This document shows positions 1-8,655 of a DNA stretch of 58,511 nucleotides, in pieces. Both the position numbers and the translations under genes were made by a program. Every line of letters starts with the position of its first letter. The first letter of the stretch is position 1. Source of the stretch: Candidatus Poseidoniaceae archaeon (lineage in GTDB: Archaea > Thermoplasmatota > Poseidoniia > Poseidoniales > Poseidoniaceae); NCBI GenBank assembly GCA_965662715.1, contig CBFIIS010000004.1, positions 1-58,511 on the forward strand. The letters run 5' to 3'. The notes under the pieces were generated by a model. That model searched no databases. It saw only the letters and a program-made list of their open reading frames with translations, and was not told the origin of the DNA.

Positions 1-2
1 TG

Positions 3-500
3 ATGGTGATTCAGAAAGAATGGGTGGATGAAGAAAAGCGTTGGTTTCACCCAATCCTCACGGATTTCAAGAGAAAAACCCAGCCGATTATACGCTATCG
101 ACTCAATGACATCCTCGTAGCATCACAACACCAATGCAAATGCGGTGACGCAAGGCAATCAATCGAGGCAGTCATGGGTCGCCAAGACGATGTCTTCTAC
201 CTCCAGAAGGAAAATGAAGAGGGCTATGAGAAGATTGTCCCCGACTTCATTCGCAGAGCAGTGATGCAAATGCATCCTGACATCACTGCCTTCTGTGCCA
301 TTCAGAAATCCGCTGAAACCATCGAGGTTCAACTCCTCCCAGAGGGCTTGAAGGACTGTTCTATGCATGGCTTTGAATCATTGTGGGCGTCAAAAAAGGT
401 CAAAGCTGCGAGCATCAATTTGGTCGCCTACACACATGTTCCTTCAACCACGAAACTACGAAGGATTCAACGAACCTTCGAACCGGCAGAATCCCTTTAG
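3..500 (+). CDS. C-terminal part of an adenylate-forming (PaaK / coenzyme F390 synthetase-like) enzyme; the 5' end lies outside the window
   Basis: The ORF is open to the left window edge. The motif RYRLNDIL..C.CG....IEAVMGRQDDVF resembles the RYxxGD...GRxDD hinge and C-terminal subdomain of phenylacetate-CoA-ligase-type ANL enzymes. Confidence 0.5.
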   Translation: MVIQKEWVDEEKRWFHPILTDFKRKTQPIIRYRLNDILVASQHQCKCGDARQSIEAVMGRQDDVFYLQKENEEGYEKIVPDFIRRAVMQMHPDITAFCAIQKSAETIEVQLLPEGLKDCSMHGFESLWASKKVKAASINLVAYTHVPSTTKLRRIQRTFEPAESL

Positions 501-522
501 GGGTTCACAGTTACTTCCCGAC

Positions 523-1011
523 ATGGAAGATTGTGTCTGGCTTAGGTCGATGCTCGCTTCAGAATTGGAGGTTCGCCCACCAAGGAGCGAGCGAAAAGAA
601 AAACAGGCTCTTGCTGGTTTTTGCACGACAATTCACGACAATGGTAGCCTCATTGCCTTCGCAGAAATGAGAAAAGTTGGTTCTCATGTAGAGATTTCAA
701 CAGTTCTTGTTGACCCAGCCCATCGTGGCCGTGGCATCGGAAAAAACCTCATTCGAACTTCCGTTGAGCAGATCGAAGGTCCTCTCGTACTGTGTTGCAC
801 GAAAAACCCAGCAATGGCAAAGGTGCTCCAATCGCTTGGCTTTACAGCCGTTGGTTGGCCGGGAATTTCTACAGCGATTGGCCTTGCAATCAACACCATT
901 GGGCGTTTACTATCGATGCTCATCCGTTTTGAATTCAAGCGCATATGGATCCAAGGCAAAGGTATTCTCGCCTATGAGCGCTATGTGTTTGAAAACACTG
1001 AGAAACAGTGA
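523..1011 (+). CDS. GNAT-family N-acetyltransferase
   Basis: Acetyl-CoA binding motif VLVDPAHRGRGIGKNLI (R/QxxGxG). I prefer the ATG at 523 (MEDCVWL...) because the 367 start adds a non-protein-like extension that overlaps the upstream gene. Confidence 0.7.
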   Translation: MEDCVWLRSMLASELEVRPPRSERKEKQALAGFCTTIHDNGSLIAFAEMRKVGSHVEISTVLVDPAHRGRGIGKNLIRTSVEQIEGPLVLCCTKNPAMAKVLQSLGFTAVGWPGISTAIGLAINTIGRLLSMLIRFEFKRIWIQGKGILAYERYVFENTEKQ

Positions 1012-1079
1012 CACTTGCCGCCCTCATGCATTGCTTTCGCTCATGCATGCCAAACATGGCTGGTGTAAACTCGCCCTGC

Positions 1080-4000
1080 TTACTGCTGTGATTGTGCATA
1101 CTGGGCCGCATATTGCTGTGCATACTGAGCCGCTGTTGCTTCATCATAGCCTTGTGAAACGAATTGCTGGTAGTACTGTTGGTACACCGCGTTATCCATT
1201 GCAGGTGCCGCTGCTGCCGGCGCTGCTGCACCTGCTGCTTGCGCTGCATATTGTTGGGCATAAGTACGAGCCGTTTCCTCAGGGTATCCCTGGGCGATCA
1301 GTTGCTGAACGTATTGCTCAGTTGCATCGAGTTGTGCGGAGCCATAACCTGCGGAGCTTGCTGCGAAGTCCTTGATGGTATCATCGCCACCTGCGCCGCC
1401 CTTCCTTAGGAAGACCAAGGTCAAGATGATCACGACAAGGAGAGCAGCAATTCCGATACCGATGGTCGTGGCATCGAGACCGCTGCTTGTACCGTCGGAA
1501 TCGCCAGATTGAGCAGGTGCAGCCCATTCTCCGTTCTCGAAGGTCCAAGCGCCACTCCACTCACATTCATTGTCAGCGTTGAGGATGAATTCTCCTCCTG
1601 CTGCAAGTGCTTCGGCGTCTGCCTCAAGCCCTTGACATGCTGGTAGTTGGATCTCAATCCACTTGATGGTCACCCATCGTTCATCATCGCCTTCGTAGAT
1701 CTTGATGAAGATACGTTGACTTTGGGACTTGTTGGTGTACTTACCGTCCAACGAAAGGGTGAGGTCGAATGTTTCAGTGTCACCGATCTTTTCGGTACGG
1801 TCCCATTCACCAGCGAGTCCAAGGTTGTACTTGTCCACAGCGCTGGCTTCGAAGTCTGTCTCAACGAAAGCCGCTTCGACATAGACATCACCATTTTCTG
1901 CACCCGAAAGGACAGTTCCCGAGATGGTCACGGTATCGGTGTCAACTCGAGAAGCGTTGAGTGAAGCATCGAGTTGGACCACAGGTTCTTCGTCACCGAA
2001 GCCATCTGGTACAACAACGAAGTACATTCGATACTTCTCCGAGAATTTACCTGCCTTGTCGTAGACGATCAATTCTATTCTGATTTGGTTCTCAGTGGTG
2101 CCGCTTGGGTCAACAGTCACGTTTCGGAAGGTGTAAGCCCATGCGCCGTCACTGGCAGCGTTTTGCTCGAAGGTGTGGCCGTCGAGGCTGAAGGAGTCAT
2201 CGCCGTATGGAGCGTCAAACAAGACCTTCCATTCATAGGATTCAATTCCACTGCCTTCAAGTGCATCCAAGTCGGTTGAATTGCTGGCATCGAAGTGAAT
2301 GGTCACTTCACCATCTTCATCGAGGATGATTCGATTCACTGACCACTCGGTGTTGGAAACTGTCTTGGTTCCTACATATTCCACGAGGTCTGTGTAATCA
2401 TCACGCATGTCGATCATTGCTTCAGCGGTTGGCCGGTATTCGTCAGCATAGACATCATTGGTTTCCACAGTCACTTCGATGACACGGGAGTGGCCAGCAT
2501 CGTCGTGAAGCATGAGGGTGATGGTCCATTGTTCGCCCTGAGCACAACCTGTTGCCGAGGAAAGATCAATCTTACAGAAGTTCATGACTGGCATTGTTTC
2601 TGTGGTGTGACCGGTCATTCCAGTCGCCATGGTTGATCCGTCCCACGAAGTTGGTCCAGAAACAATCCAGTCGGTGTGGAGGGTCTCGGTTGTGGTTGTG
2701 GTGTAGGAGAACGTCAAGTCGGCGTCACTCTTCATGTAGCGCAACTCGTATCCACCTGTGCTTGGGTTGATTCCTGGAATTTGGTCGTTGATTTTCAGGT
2801 CCAATCCGTTTCCGAGTGTACCAAACCCTTCTGGGTAAGGTGTGACTTGGTAGCTGAGCATGTTTCCAAGCAATGGTAGCGTAGCACTGTCAGCACGTTC
2901 GGAGTGGGTTGAAACGTCCATTGTGGAGACGATCATACCACCAGAGTAATAGCTGCACACACCAAGGATTGTGTCTTGGATGTCATCAGCATCACGAATC
3001 AACCGCTGGAAATAGCCGCCGTCTTCCATGTATCCATTGCAGGTCACAGGGACGTTGTTTGCGCTGACTGACTTGGTGTTCAGTACCGCTTGAGCCACGG
3101 TTGAATCCGCATCAAATCCTTGGAAGGCGTTGATGTCAACATTGTCCATCAATGGGTGGTATGGGTCGGCGAAATCAGTTCCAGAGAAATCAATTCGAGA
3201 CTCTGGAGTGTTTCGGCTTTGGACATCAAGTCCGAACGGCAGTCGTCCATTGAGGCCTTGGTCTACACCGTAGATTTGGCTTCCTTGTGGCCCGAGGTGA
3301 GCCTGGATTGTACCACCTGCGGACATGAAGCCCTCAAGTGTGGTTCGGTGAGCAGTTGATCCCAACTTCTGGTAATAGCCACGTCCACCGTTCTCAATGT
3401 CCTTTGCTGCGATGTCATCTTGCCAAGGCAGAACAATCTTGTCGTAGTGAGTGAACCAGCCTGCATCGAGGTACTCATCCCAATCGTTGATGGTGTATTG
3501 AGTATAGGACATGTTCAAGATGTTCAGATCTTCCTTGATGGCGTTGGTTCGTACAGAGGTGTCTGAAAGAATAGCGACATCCACATGGTCTGCGAAGGTT
3601 GCATGGAAGTATCGAACGTTTCCAGAGGCGGCTCCACTTGAGAGTTCGGCATCAAAGCTGATGTTGTAGGTGTGGCCGTCCATCCAGCCGTTCCATGGGG
3701 TGAATGTCACCTCAATCTTCTGATGCGAATCAAGAGACTGCGATGGTCCTGCAGTCGTGGTGTGAGCCATGCTACCAGCAGTCTCGTCGTAGATGTTCAT
3801 GTTGAACACATAGTCGCCAGCAAGCACACCGTTGGTGGCTTGAAGGGCCCAGTCGTGGGTGTAAGAACTGTCAATAGGCATCACACACTCGAGAATTTGG
3901 TCATTCAAACACGAAAGCGTGTTCGGCTTGCCCAAGGTGATGTCAACGGATTCAACATTGAAGATCACACGCTCGATGTTGTTTGACGTCGAAATTTCTG

Positions 4001-7000
4001 CAACGTTGTACCAGGGCACACCTTGAGTTGTGTTGTCATAGATTGTTTCAACTTCAATCATGTAAACTCCAGCAAAGAATTCGTGGCTTGCCACCGTGTC
4101 TGTGGATGGGTCTTCAGCGTCGACGTTGGTGCGGGAAATCATGTATGCATTGTCTTCAACGAAGGTGAATTCTTGCAAGGTGATGTTGTTGAACGCCACA
4201 CCTTTGAATCCATCATTAATTCCGTTTCGTCCATCATCATCTGATTGGAATTCAAAGTTGATGTCAACAACCGAGCCAGAGAGCGACATGCACTCATAGC
4301 CCCAGTTGATTGAACTGGCATCTGAAGTGTTAAGCACATACAAGTGGGTCAGATCGATTGAGGTGGTTGCCACAAGGTCGTTCGTGTTGAAGAACACATT
4401 GTAGTTGCCACCCGTACCGTCAGTGGTTGAATCATCGCCGATGTAGGAGATTTCAGCGTTGTCGATCGGTTCTGAGGCGTTGACGATTCCATTACCGTCT
4501 TCGTCGAGTTGACAGGTACCATCTTCGTTGTAATCATTCCACTGTCCAACCAAAACGCCAGAGTAGGTGGCCCCATCTCGTAGGATATCGAGGGTCATTG
4601 CGGCGTAATCGTTGACATCAACGATGGACGTACCGTCTGAATCAATGCCGTAGAATGTATCGGCGTAGTATTCGAAGTTAAGAGAGACGAAATCTCCGCT
4701 CATCGAAGTCAAGTCAATGTCAGGGATGGTCAGCGTTTCATTTGCCCAAGCATCGCCATAGCCATTTGCTCCAGTGTCACAGGGGTGTCCAAACCAGTAT
4801 GCATTGTTGTTGAAGATCTTGTCTTGACAGGTGTTTTCATTGTAGATGACACCCTTGGGGTTGGCACTTTCAGTGTACCTGTATCCATTTGCTCCTCCTT
4901 CGAAGTCTTCCTCACATAGGGCAGTTGGCGTCCCACAGTACACATCGGATGGTGTTGCAGAGAAGACGGTCGCTTCGATATCGAAATCCATTTCGGTGTT
5001 TCCATAGTTGTTGGTTGTGACATCGATGTCGAACACACCTTCTGCATAGAGTCCTCCTGGATTGAAGTAATCGATGCCTTCCACGGTTGGATCATAAAGA
5101 TTGAACGGCGTAATGTAGCCAACCAACTCATCATTCTGCGGTTGTTCATCCCAGCTGTTTCCAGACAGGCTGGCGGAAATTCTGTATGTTGTATCGTTGA
5201 GCAAGTCTGCGGTAATCGAAGTGGTGTATTCTTGTCCAGGACCGAGGTTGTTGAGGTTGATCGTGGATTGTTGAACTTGCGGGTTTGCAAGGAAGGCAGT
5301 GTTTTGCTTCCAAATGGTGAGGTTGTCAACTGCGTATCCGTCTCGGCCAGTCCAACGGCTTTCGTTGTCATCGGAGATGGAGCCTTCGAATCCAGTACGG
5401 AAGCGGAAGCGGACATCGACTGTTTCACCAGCCCAAGGACTGAGGTCAAACGCACCTACACCCTCTTCGGTGAAGTTGTTCCATCCGTAATAGGTTCCGA
5501 AGGAATAGACGCCGTAGTAGTAGACACCCTCAGCGACACCACCGATAGCTTGCTTGTATTGACGGTCGAGGTCAAAGCCGCCCCACATCGAGGCACCTGA
5601 GGCGCATGCCCCGCTGATGTAGGCTTCTTGTGGGCAGGAAATAACGTCCCACCCAGTTTCAGCACTACCAATTTCAATCATTGCAATATCATCCCAAACA
5701 TCACCAGCAAGGTATTGGCCTGTTGTTGCATCAATGCTTCCAAGCACACCATGGCCTAGGTGCTGGAACAGCTCTACGCTCATGAATGCACGATCGGAAC
5801 CAGTAAGATCGACGTCCTCGAGGACCATAGCGTCATCCCAGTTTTTGTCATACCCACTCCAAAGACCGCCAGAAGTGTTGGTCTTGTAGTGCCCAGCCCA
5901 CATGAAGTCGGTTGGGTTTTGGTAATTCGCAGAAACATTTGGATCGTTGTTTCCATCTGAAGCACCGATGGAATGATTTGTCTCTTCGTGCCACTTTGTG
6001 GCTTGATCGATGTATTCTTCGAAAGCCCAACTGCAGCCAGTGCCACAGCCAGTCTTGTCTTCTGGTGCATCCCAGTCCATTTGGTAAACAGTGCTGTTGG
6101 TTGATGATGCCTCATCGACAACCTTGAGCTCAAGGTCAAGGGTTGCGCTTTGGCCATTCAGGATGTCCATTCCAGTGTTGGTCACAGTGACGTTGATGTC
6201 ACGTGTACCTTCTCCGACAATTCCGAAGAAATTGTCAGTTGGGTTAATTTCGAGAGAGGTCACGGCAAGATCTTTGTTGTCCATTTCGACAACGGTAATG
6301 GTGTCGTATTGCCCTTCCCATCCGAAGTTGTCCACCCAACTACCGAAGTCATAGCTGGTGTGGCCAACAACGATATCTGGTGCTGAATTGGAGGCTCCTG
6401 CGAGTTGGCCCACTTCAACCATGCTTGGTCGTCGGCCTGCCTCGTAGGAAAGAGGGGTCAGATGTGCCCCGCTTCCGTCGGAAAGGGTCACTTGAACCGT
6501 GGTTGGGAAGTTGAGGTAGAAGTTTGATGTGCTGCCACCTGCGGAGTCACTGCTGTTTTGTTGATACGCAACCGTTGGGTTAACGAAATCAGGCTCACCG
6601 TCACCGTTCAGATCACTGACCGTGACAGAATAGGAGATGTATGGTCCAAAGTAGGCCCGTGAAGGCGTCGACCAGCTTCCTGAGGAAGCAGAAGTCACAA
6701 AGCTGACATTTTCCACGTTTCCATCGTTGAGAACCATAGCGTCGATTTCTCCGTTTCCATCAATGTCTGCAATATCGAAATCATTGGCAAATTCGACATT
6801 CATGTTGACGATGCTCGTTCCGGTTTGTGGCGTAGCTGTGTTGAAGCTGTATGTTGCAGGGTAGGTGTTTGTCAAACAGGAGTACTCGACGATGGAGATG
6901 TTGTCGCTGTTTCCGGGGTTGGTGGATTGACCTGTGGAATAATCAACACCTTCTGAACGAAGCAGATAGATGTCATCATCGGTACAAGTGCCGCTGAGTC

Positions 7001-7760
7001 CACCGGTTTCAGTTTCACCCCAGTCGCCAACTTCGAGGCTACGGTATGCGTTTTGATTCGATGGTCCCAGGGTTGTAATCATGCCTTGAGTGGCTGAAGA
7101 AATCGGTCCACGGTAGGTGACGACCCGTTGCGATGAAAGATCGCTCAAGAGGTCAAGAATGTAGATGTCATCGTTTCCGTCCTGGTCTGCATCGCCCACA
7201 GCGAGGTCCCAAGCCCAGAAATGTGTGAATCGCTCTCCGATGCTCCAAGAGTCGTCATTGCACCCGGCATTTTCAATGATGGTGACGTTTCCAGGTTCTC
7301 CTGCTGGTGCGCCGTTATCATCGGTCTTGAATGGGTTGTTGCGTTGGAAGATTACGATGTCGTCTGCCCCATCGCCAGTGAAGTCACCAACTTCGATGAA
7401 TTGAACATTCGAGAATTCGTCCCAGTCTGCGTTTCGACTTTGGTTCTTTGAGACCCAAATGTCTTGACGCTCGCTGAAATCTCCATTGCCATCGTTCCAG
7501 AGGATGCTGATGGTGTGGGTACCTTCTGTTGCCACGGCCAAATCATTGAAACCGTCACAATTGAAATCGCCAATTGCGACATCCAACGGGTCACGATTTG
7601 TGGTGTACGAACGGGCAATTGAAGCGCTCGCAGTTGTTGCGAGGGCGGCGGTGGTCGACAAAACCATCAGCATGACAAGGAACATGCTCAAGGCGCGGCT
7701 GTTATTGTGGTTGTTTTTGGAGAACATCAACATCACTGCTTCGGCCAACGCCCGTTGCAC
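1080..7760 (-). CDS. Giant (about 2220 aa) secreted adhesin-like surface protein with a C-terminal membrane anchor and a Q/Y-rich cytoplasmic tail
   Basis: Single uninterrupted 6.7-kb ORF. N-terminal hydrophobic signal/anchor (MFLVMLMVLSTTAALATTASA). FG-GAP/VCBS-like DxDxDG repeats and many NxS/T sequons. One C-terminal TM (IGIGIAALLVVIILTLVFL, nt about 1407-1463), then a 108-aa tail. The track start at 7760 is GTG; ATG alternatives are at 7733 and 7727. Confidence 0.85.
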   Translation of the reverse strand: MQRALAEAVMLMFSKNNHNNSRALSMFLVMLMVLSTTAALATTASASIARSYTTNRDPLDVAIGDFNCDGFNDLAVATEGTHTISILWNDGNGDFSERQDIWVSKNQSRNADWDEFSNVQFIEVGDFTGDGADDIVIFQRNNPFKTDDNGAPAGEPGNVTIIENAGCNDDSWSIGERFTHFWAWDLAVGDADQDGNDDIYILDLLSDLSSQRVVTYRGPISSATQGMITTLGPSNQNAYRSLEVGDWGETETGGLSGTCTDDDIYLLRSEGVDYSTGQSTNPGNSDNISIVEYSCLTNTYPATYSFNTATPQTGTSIVNMNVEFANDFDIADIDGNGEIDAMVLNDGNVENVSFVTSASSGSWSTPSRAYFGPYISYSVTVSDLNGDGEPDFVNPTVAYQQNSSDSAGGSTSNFYLNFPTTVQVTLSDGSGAHLTPLSYEAGRRPSMVEVGQLAGASNSAPDIVVGHTSYDFGSWVDNFGWEGQYDTITVVEMDNKDLAVTSLEINPTDNFFGIVGEGTRDINVTVTNTGMDILNGQSATLDLELKVVDEASSTNSTVYQMDWDAPEDKTGCGTGCSWAFEEYIDQATKWHEETNHSIGASDGNNDPNVSANYQNPTDFMWAGHYKTNTSGGLWSGYDKNWDDAMVLEDVDLTGSDRAFMSVELFQHLGHGVLGSIDATTGQYLAGDVWDDIAMIEIGSAETGWDVISCPQEAYISGACASGASMWGGFDLDRQYKQAIGGVAEGVYYYGVYSFGTYYGWNNFTEEGVGAFDLSPWAGETVDVRFRFRTGFEGSISDDNESRWTGRDGYAVDNLTIWKQNTAFLANPQVQQSTINLNNLGPGQEYTTSITADLLNDTTYRISASLSGNSWDEQPQNDELVGYITPFNLYDPTVEGIDYFNPGGLYAEGVFDIDVTTNNYGNTEMDFDIEATVFSATPSDVYCGTPTALCEEDFEGGANGYRYTESANPKGVIYNENTCQDKIFNNNAYWFGHPCDTGANGYGDAWANETLTIPDIDLTSMSGDFVSLNFEYYADTFYGIDSDGTSIVDVNDYAAMTLDILRDGATYSGVLVGQWNDYNEDGTCQLDEDGNGIVNASEPIDNAEISYIGDDSTTDGTGGNYNVFFNTNDLVATTSIDLTHLYVLNTSDASSINWGYECMSLSGSVVDINFEFQSDDDGRNGINDGFKGVAFNNITLQEFTFVEDNAYMISRTNVDAEDPSTDTVASHEFFAGVYMIEVETIYDNTTQGVPWYNVAEISTSNNIERVIFNVESVDITLGKPNTLSCLNDQILECVMPIDSSYTHDWALQATNGVLAGDYVFNMNIYDETAGSMAHTTTAGPSQSLDSHQKIEVTFTPWNGWMDGHTYNISFDAELSSGAASGNVRYFHATFADHVDVAILSDTSVRTNAIKEDLNILNMSYTQYTINDWDEYLDAGWFTHYDKIVLPWQDDIAAKDIENGGRGYYQKLGSTAHRTTLEGFMSAGGTIQAHLGPQGSQIYGVDQGLNGRLPFGLDVQSRNTPESRIDFSGTDFADPYHPLMDNVDINAFQGFDADSTVAQAVLNTKSVSANNVPVTCNGYMEDGGYFQRLIRDADDIQDTILGVCSYYSGGMIVSTMDVSTHSERADSATLPLLGNMLSYQVTPYPEGFGTLGNGLDLKINDQIPGINPSTGGYELRYMKSDADLTFSYTTTTTETLHTDWIVSGPTSWDGSTMATGMTGHTTETMPVMNFCKIDLSSATGCAQGEQWTITLMLHDDAGHSRVIEVTVETNDVYADEYRPTAEAMIDMRDDYTDLVEYVGTKTVSNTEWSVNRIILDEDGEVTIHFDASNSTDLDALEGSGIESYEWKVLFDAPYGDDSFSLDGHTFEQNAASDGAWAYTFRNVTVDPSGTTENQIRIELIVYDKAGKFSEKYRMYFVVVPDGFGDEEPVVQLDASLNASRVDTDTVTISGTVLSGAENGDVYVEAAFVETDFEASAVDKYNLGLAGEWDRTEKIGDTETFDLTLSLDGKYTNKSQSQRIFIKIYEGDDERWVTIKWIEIQLPACQGLEADAEALAAGGEFILNADNECEWSGAWTFENGEWAAPAQSGDSDGTSSGLDATTIGIGIAALLVVIILTLVFLRKGGAGGDDTIKDFAASSAGYGSAQLDATEQYVQQLIAQGYPEETARTYAQQYAAQAAGAAAPAAAAPAMDNAVYQQYYQQFVSQGYDEATAAQYAQQYAAQYAQSQQ
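1101..1316 (-). repeat. Duplicated 26-aa Q/Y-rich module in the cytoplasmic tail of giant protein A
   Basis: QYVQQLIAQGYPEETARTYAQQYAAQ (nt 1239-1316) versus QYYQQFVSQGYDEATAAQYAQQYAAQ (nt 1101-1178). 18 of 26 residues are identical by hand alignment. An Ala/Pro linker separates the two copies. Confidence 0.8.
6351..7598 (-). repeat. FG-GAP / VCBS-like Ca-binding propeller repeats in giant protein A (approximate bounds)
   Basis: Recurrent motif: IGDFNCDGFNDLAV, VGDFTGDGADDIVI, VGDADQDGNDDIYI, IADIDGNGEIDAMV, VSDLNGDGEPDFV. Confidence 0.6.
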
Positions 7761-7910
7761 TTTAATTCCTTTGTTCTAAAGTTCACAATTATCCTGCCCG
7801 CTTTTCTTCGCAGTACCCCATTTAACACGAAAAAAGAAAATTCAAAATTTCGGTAGAAAATTGGCGTAAAAATAACACCGAATCGTGCTGTTTTTCACAG
7901 CCGGTAGGCG

Positions 7911-8582
7911 TCAATACTTACCTTTCAACCAACCCGGTGAAGGGCCCCAACCTGTAGCATCGCCACCGTGTACTTTGACTAATTTACCAGCACCAAACAA
8001 CGATTCAAGCCATACTTCCAAGGCAGTTCCTTCCCGATCACCGAGTTTCTTACTGGCCACCTCTTCGATCACCTCAGTTTGAAGTGCAGTAATGCCATAT
8101 TCTCTGACGATGAGGTGCATTAATTCACGCAACCATGCCTCCGCCATTGGGTCGATGCTCATTGCGCCCTGTACAGGGCGAGGCTCTTCCATTTCATCCA
8201 AGGCTTCCATCAATTCGATTGGATCTGGGCGCTCTGGCACTTGCAAACCAATGGCCTCCAATTCGACACCAAGGTCGAGTTGGCCAATAGGACGACGAAC
8301 GACTGGTATTCGACTTGGATCTGGTGTCGGGCCCATATCGAGAGGCTTGTCACCAATTGGCGCATCATCAAGTTCATCCCTCTGCGCTGTTTTTTGGGGG
8401 GCTAAACCAGAGGTGTTCGTGGCTTGAACTTCAGTTCCGATTGGCATTGACCAACCGACCCCCTGAAGCCCAAGTTCCTTGATTCGCTCCTCAATCCAAG
8501 ATGCTTCACCTTCGAGAAGAACATTGACATCATGCTCATCCGAGCGGAAACGATAACGAACATTACCACGAAGTTTCGCCAT
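7911..8582 (-). CDS. Hypothetical acidic protein (223 aa), co-directional with and upstream of giant gene A
   Basis: ATG start and clean ORF. Small N-terminal domain, a Pro/Asp-rich linker, then a helical C-terminal domain (AEAWLRELMHLIVREYGITALQTEVIEEV...). I recognise no family motif. Confidence 0.55.
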   Translation of the reverse strand: MAKLRGNVRYRFRSDEHDVNVLLEGEASWIEERIKELGLQGVGWSMPIGTEVQATNTSGLAPQKTAQRDELDDAPIGDKPLDMGPTPDPSRIPVVRRPIGQLDLGVELEAIGLQVPERPDPIELMEALDEMEEPRPVQGAMSIDPMAEAWLRELMHLIVREYGITALQTEVIEEVASKKLGDREGTALEVWLESLFGAGKLVKVHGGDATGWGPSPGWLKGKY

Positions 8583-8655
8583 CAGCCATCCCTCGGTTGA
8601 ACTGCTCTTGAATTTGCCGAATGCCTTCTCGATTCAAATTTCGCTTGAATGTGCC

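Noticed and set aside
367-522. Upstream extension of the GNAT ORF, and the overlapping 707-1375 plus-strand ORF
   Set aside because: The extension overlaps the end of the ligase gene and is basic and low-complexity. The 707-1375 ORF is out of frame with the GNAT gene and antisense to the adhesin tail.
4730-5455. 241-aa alternative-frame ORF inside giant gene A, plus many 60-150-aa ORFs on both strands within 1080-7760 and 35162-41455
   Set aside because: They are fully nested in long, motif-supported ORFs. They have low-complexity composition and no start-context support.
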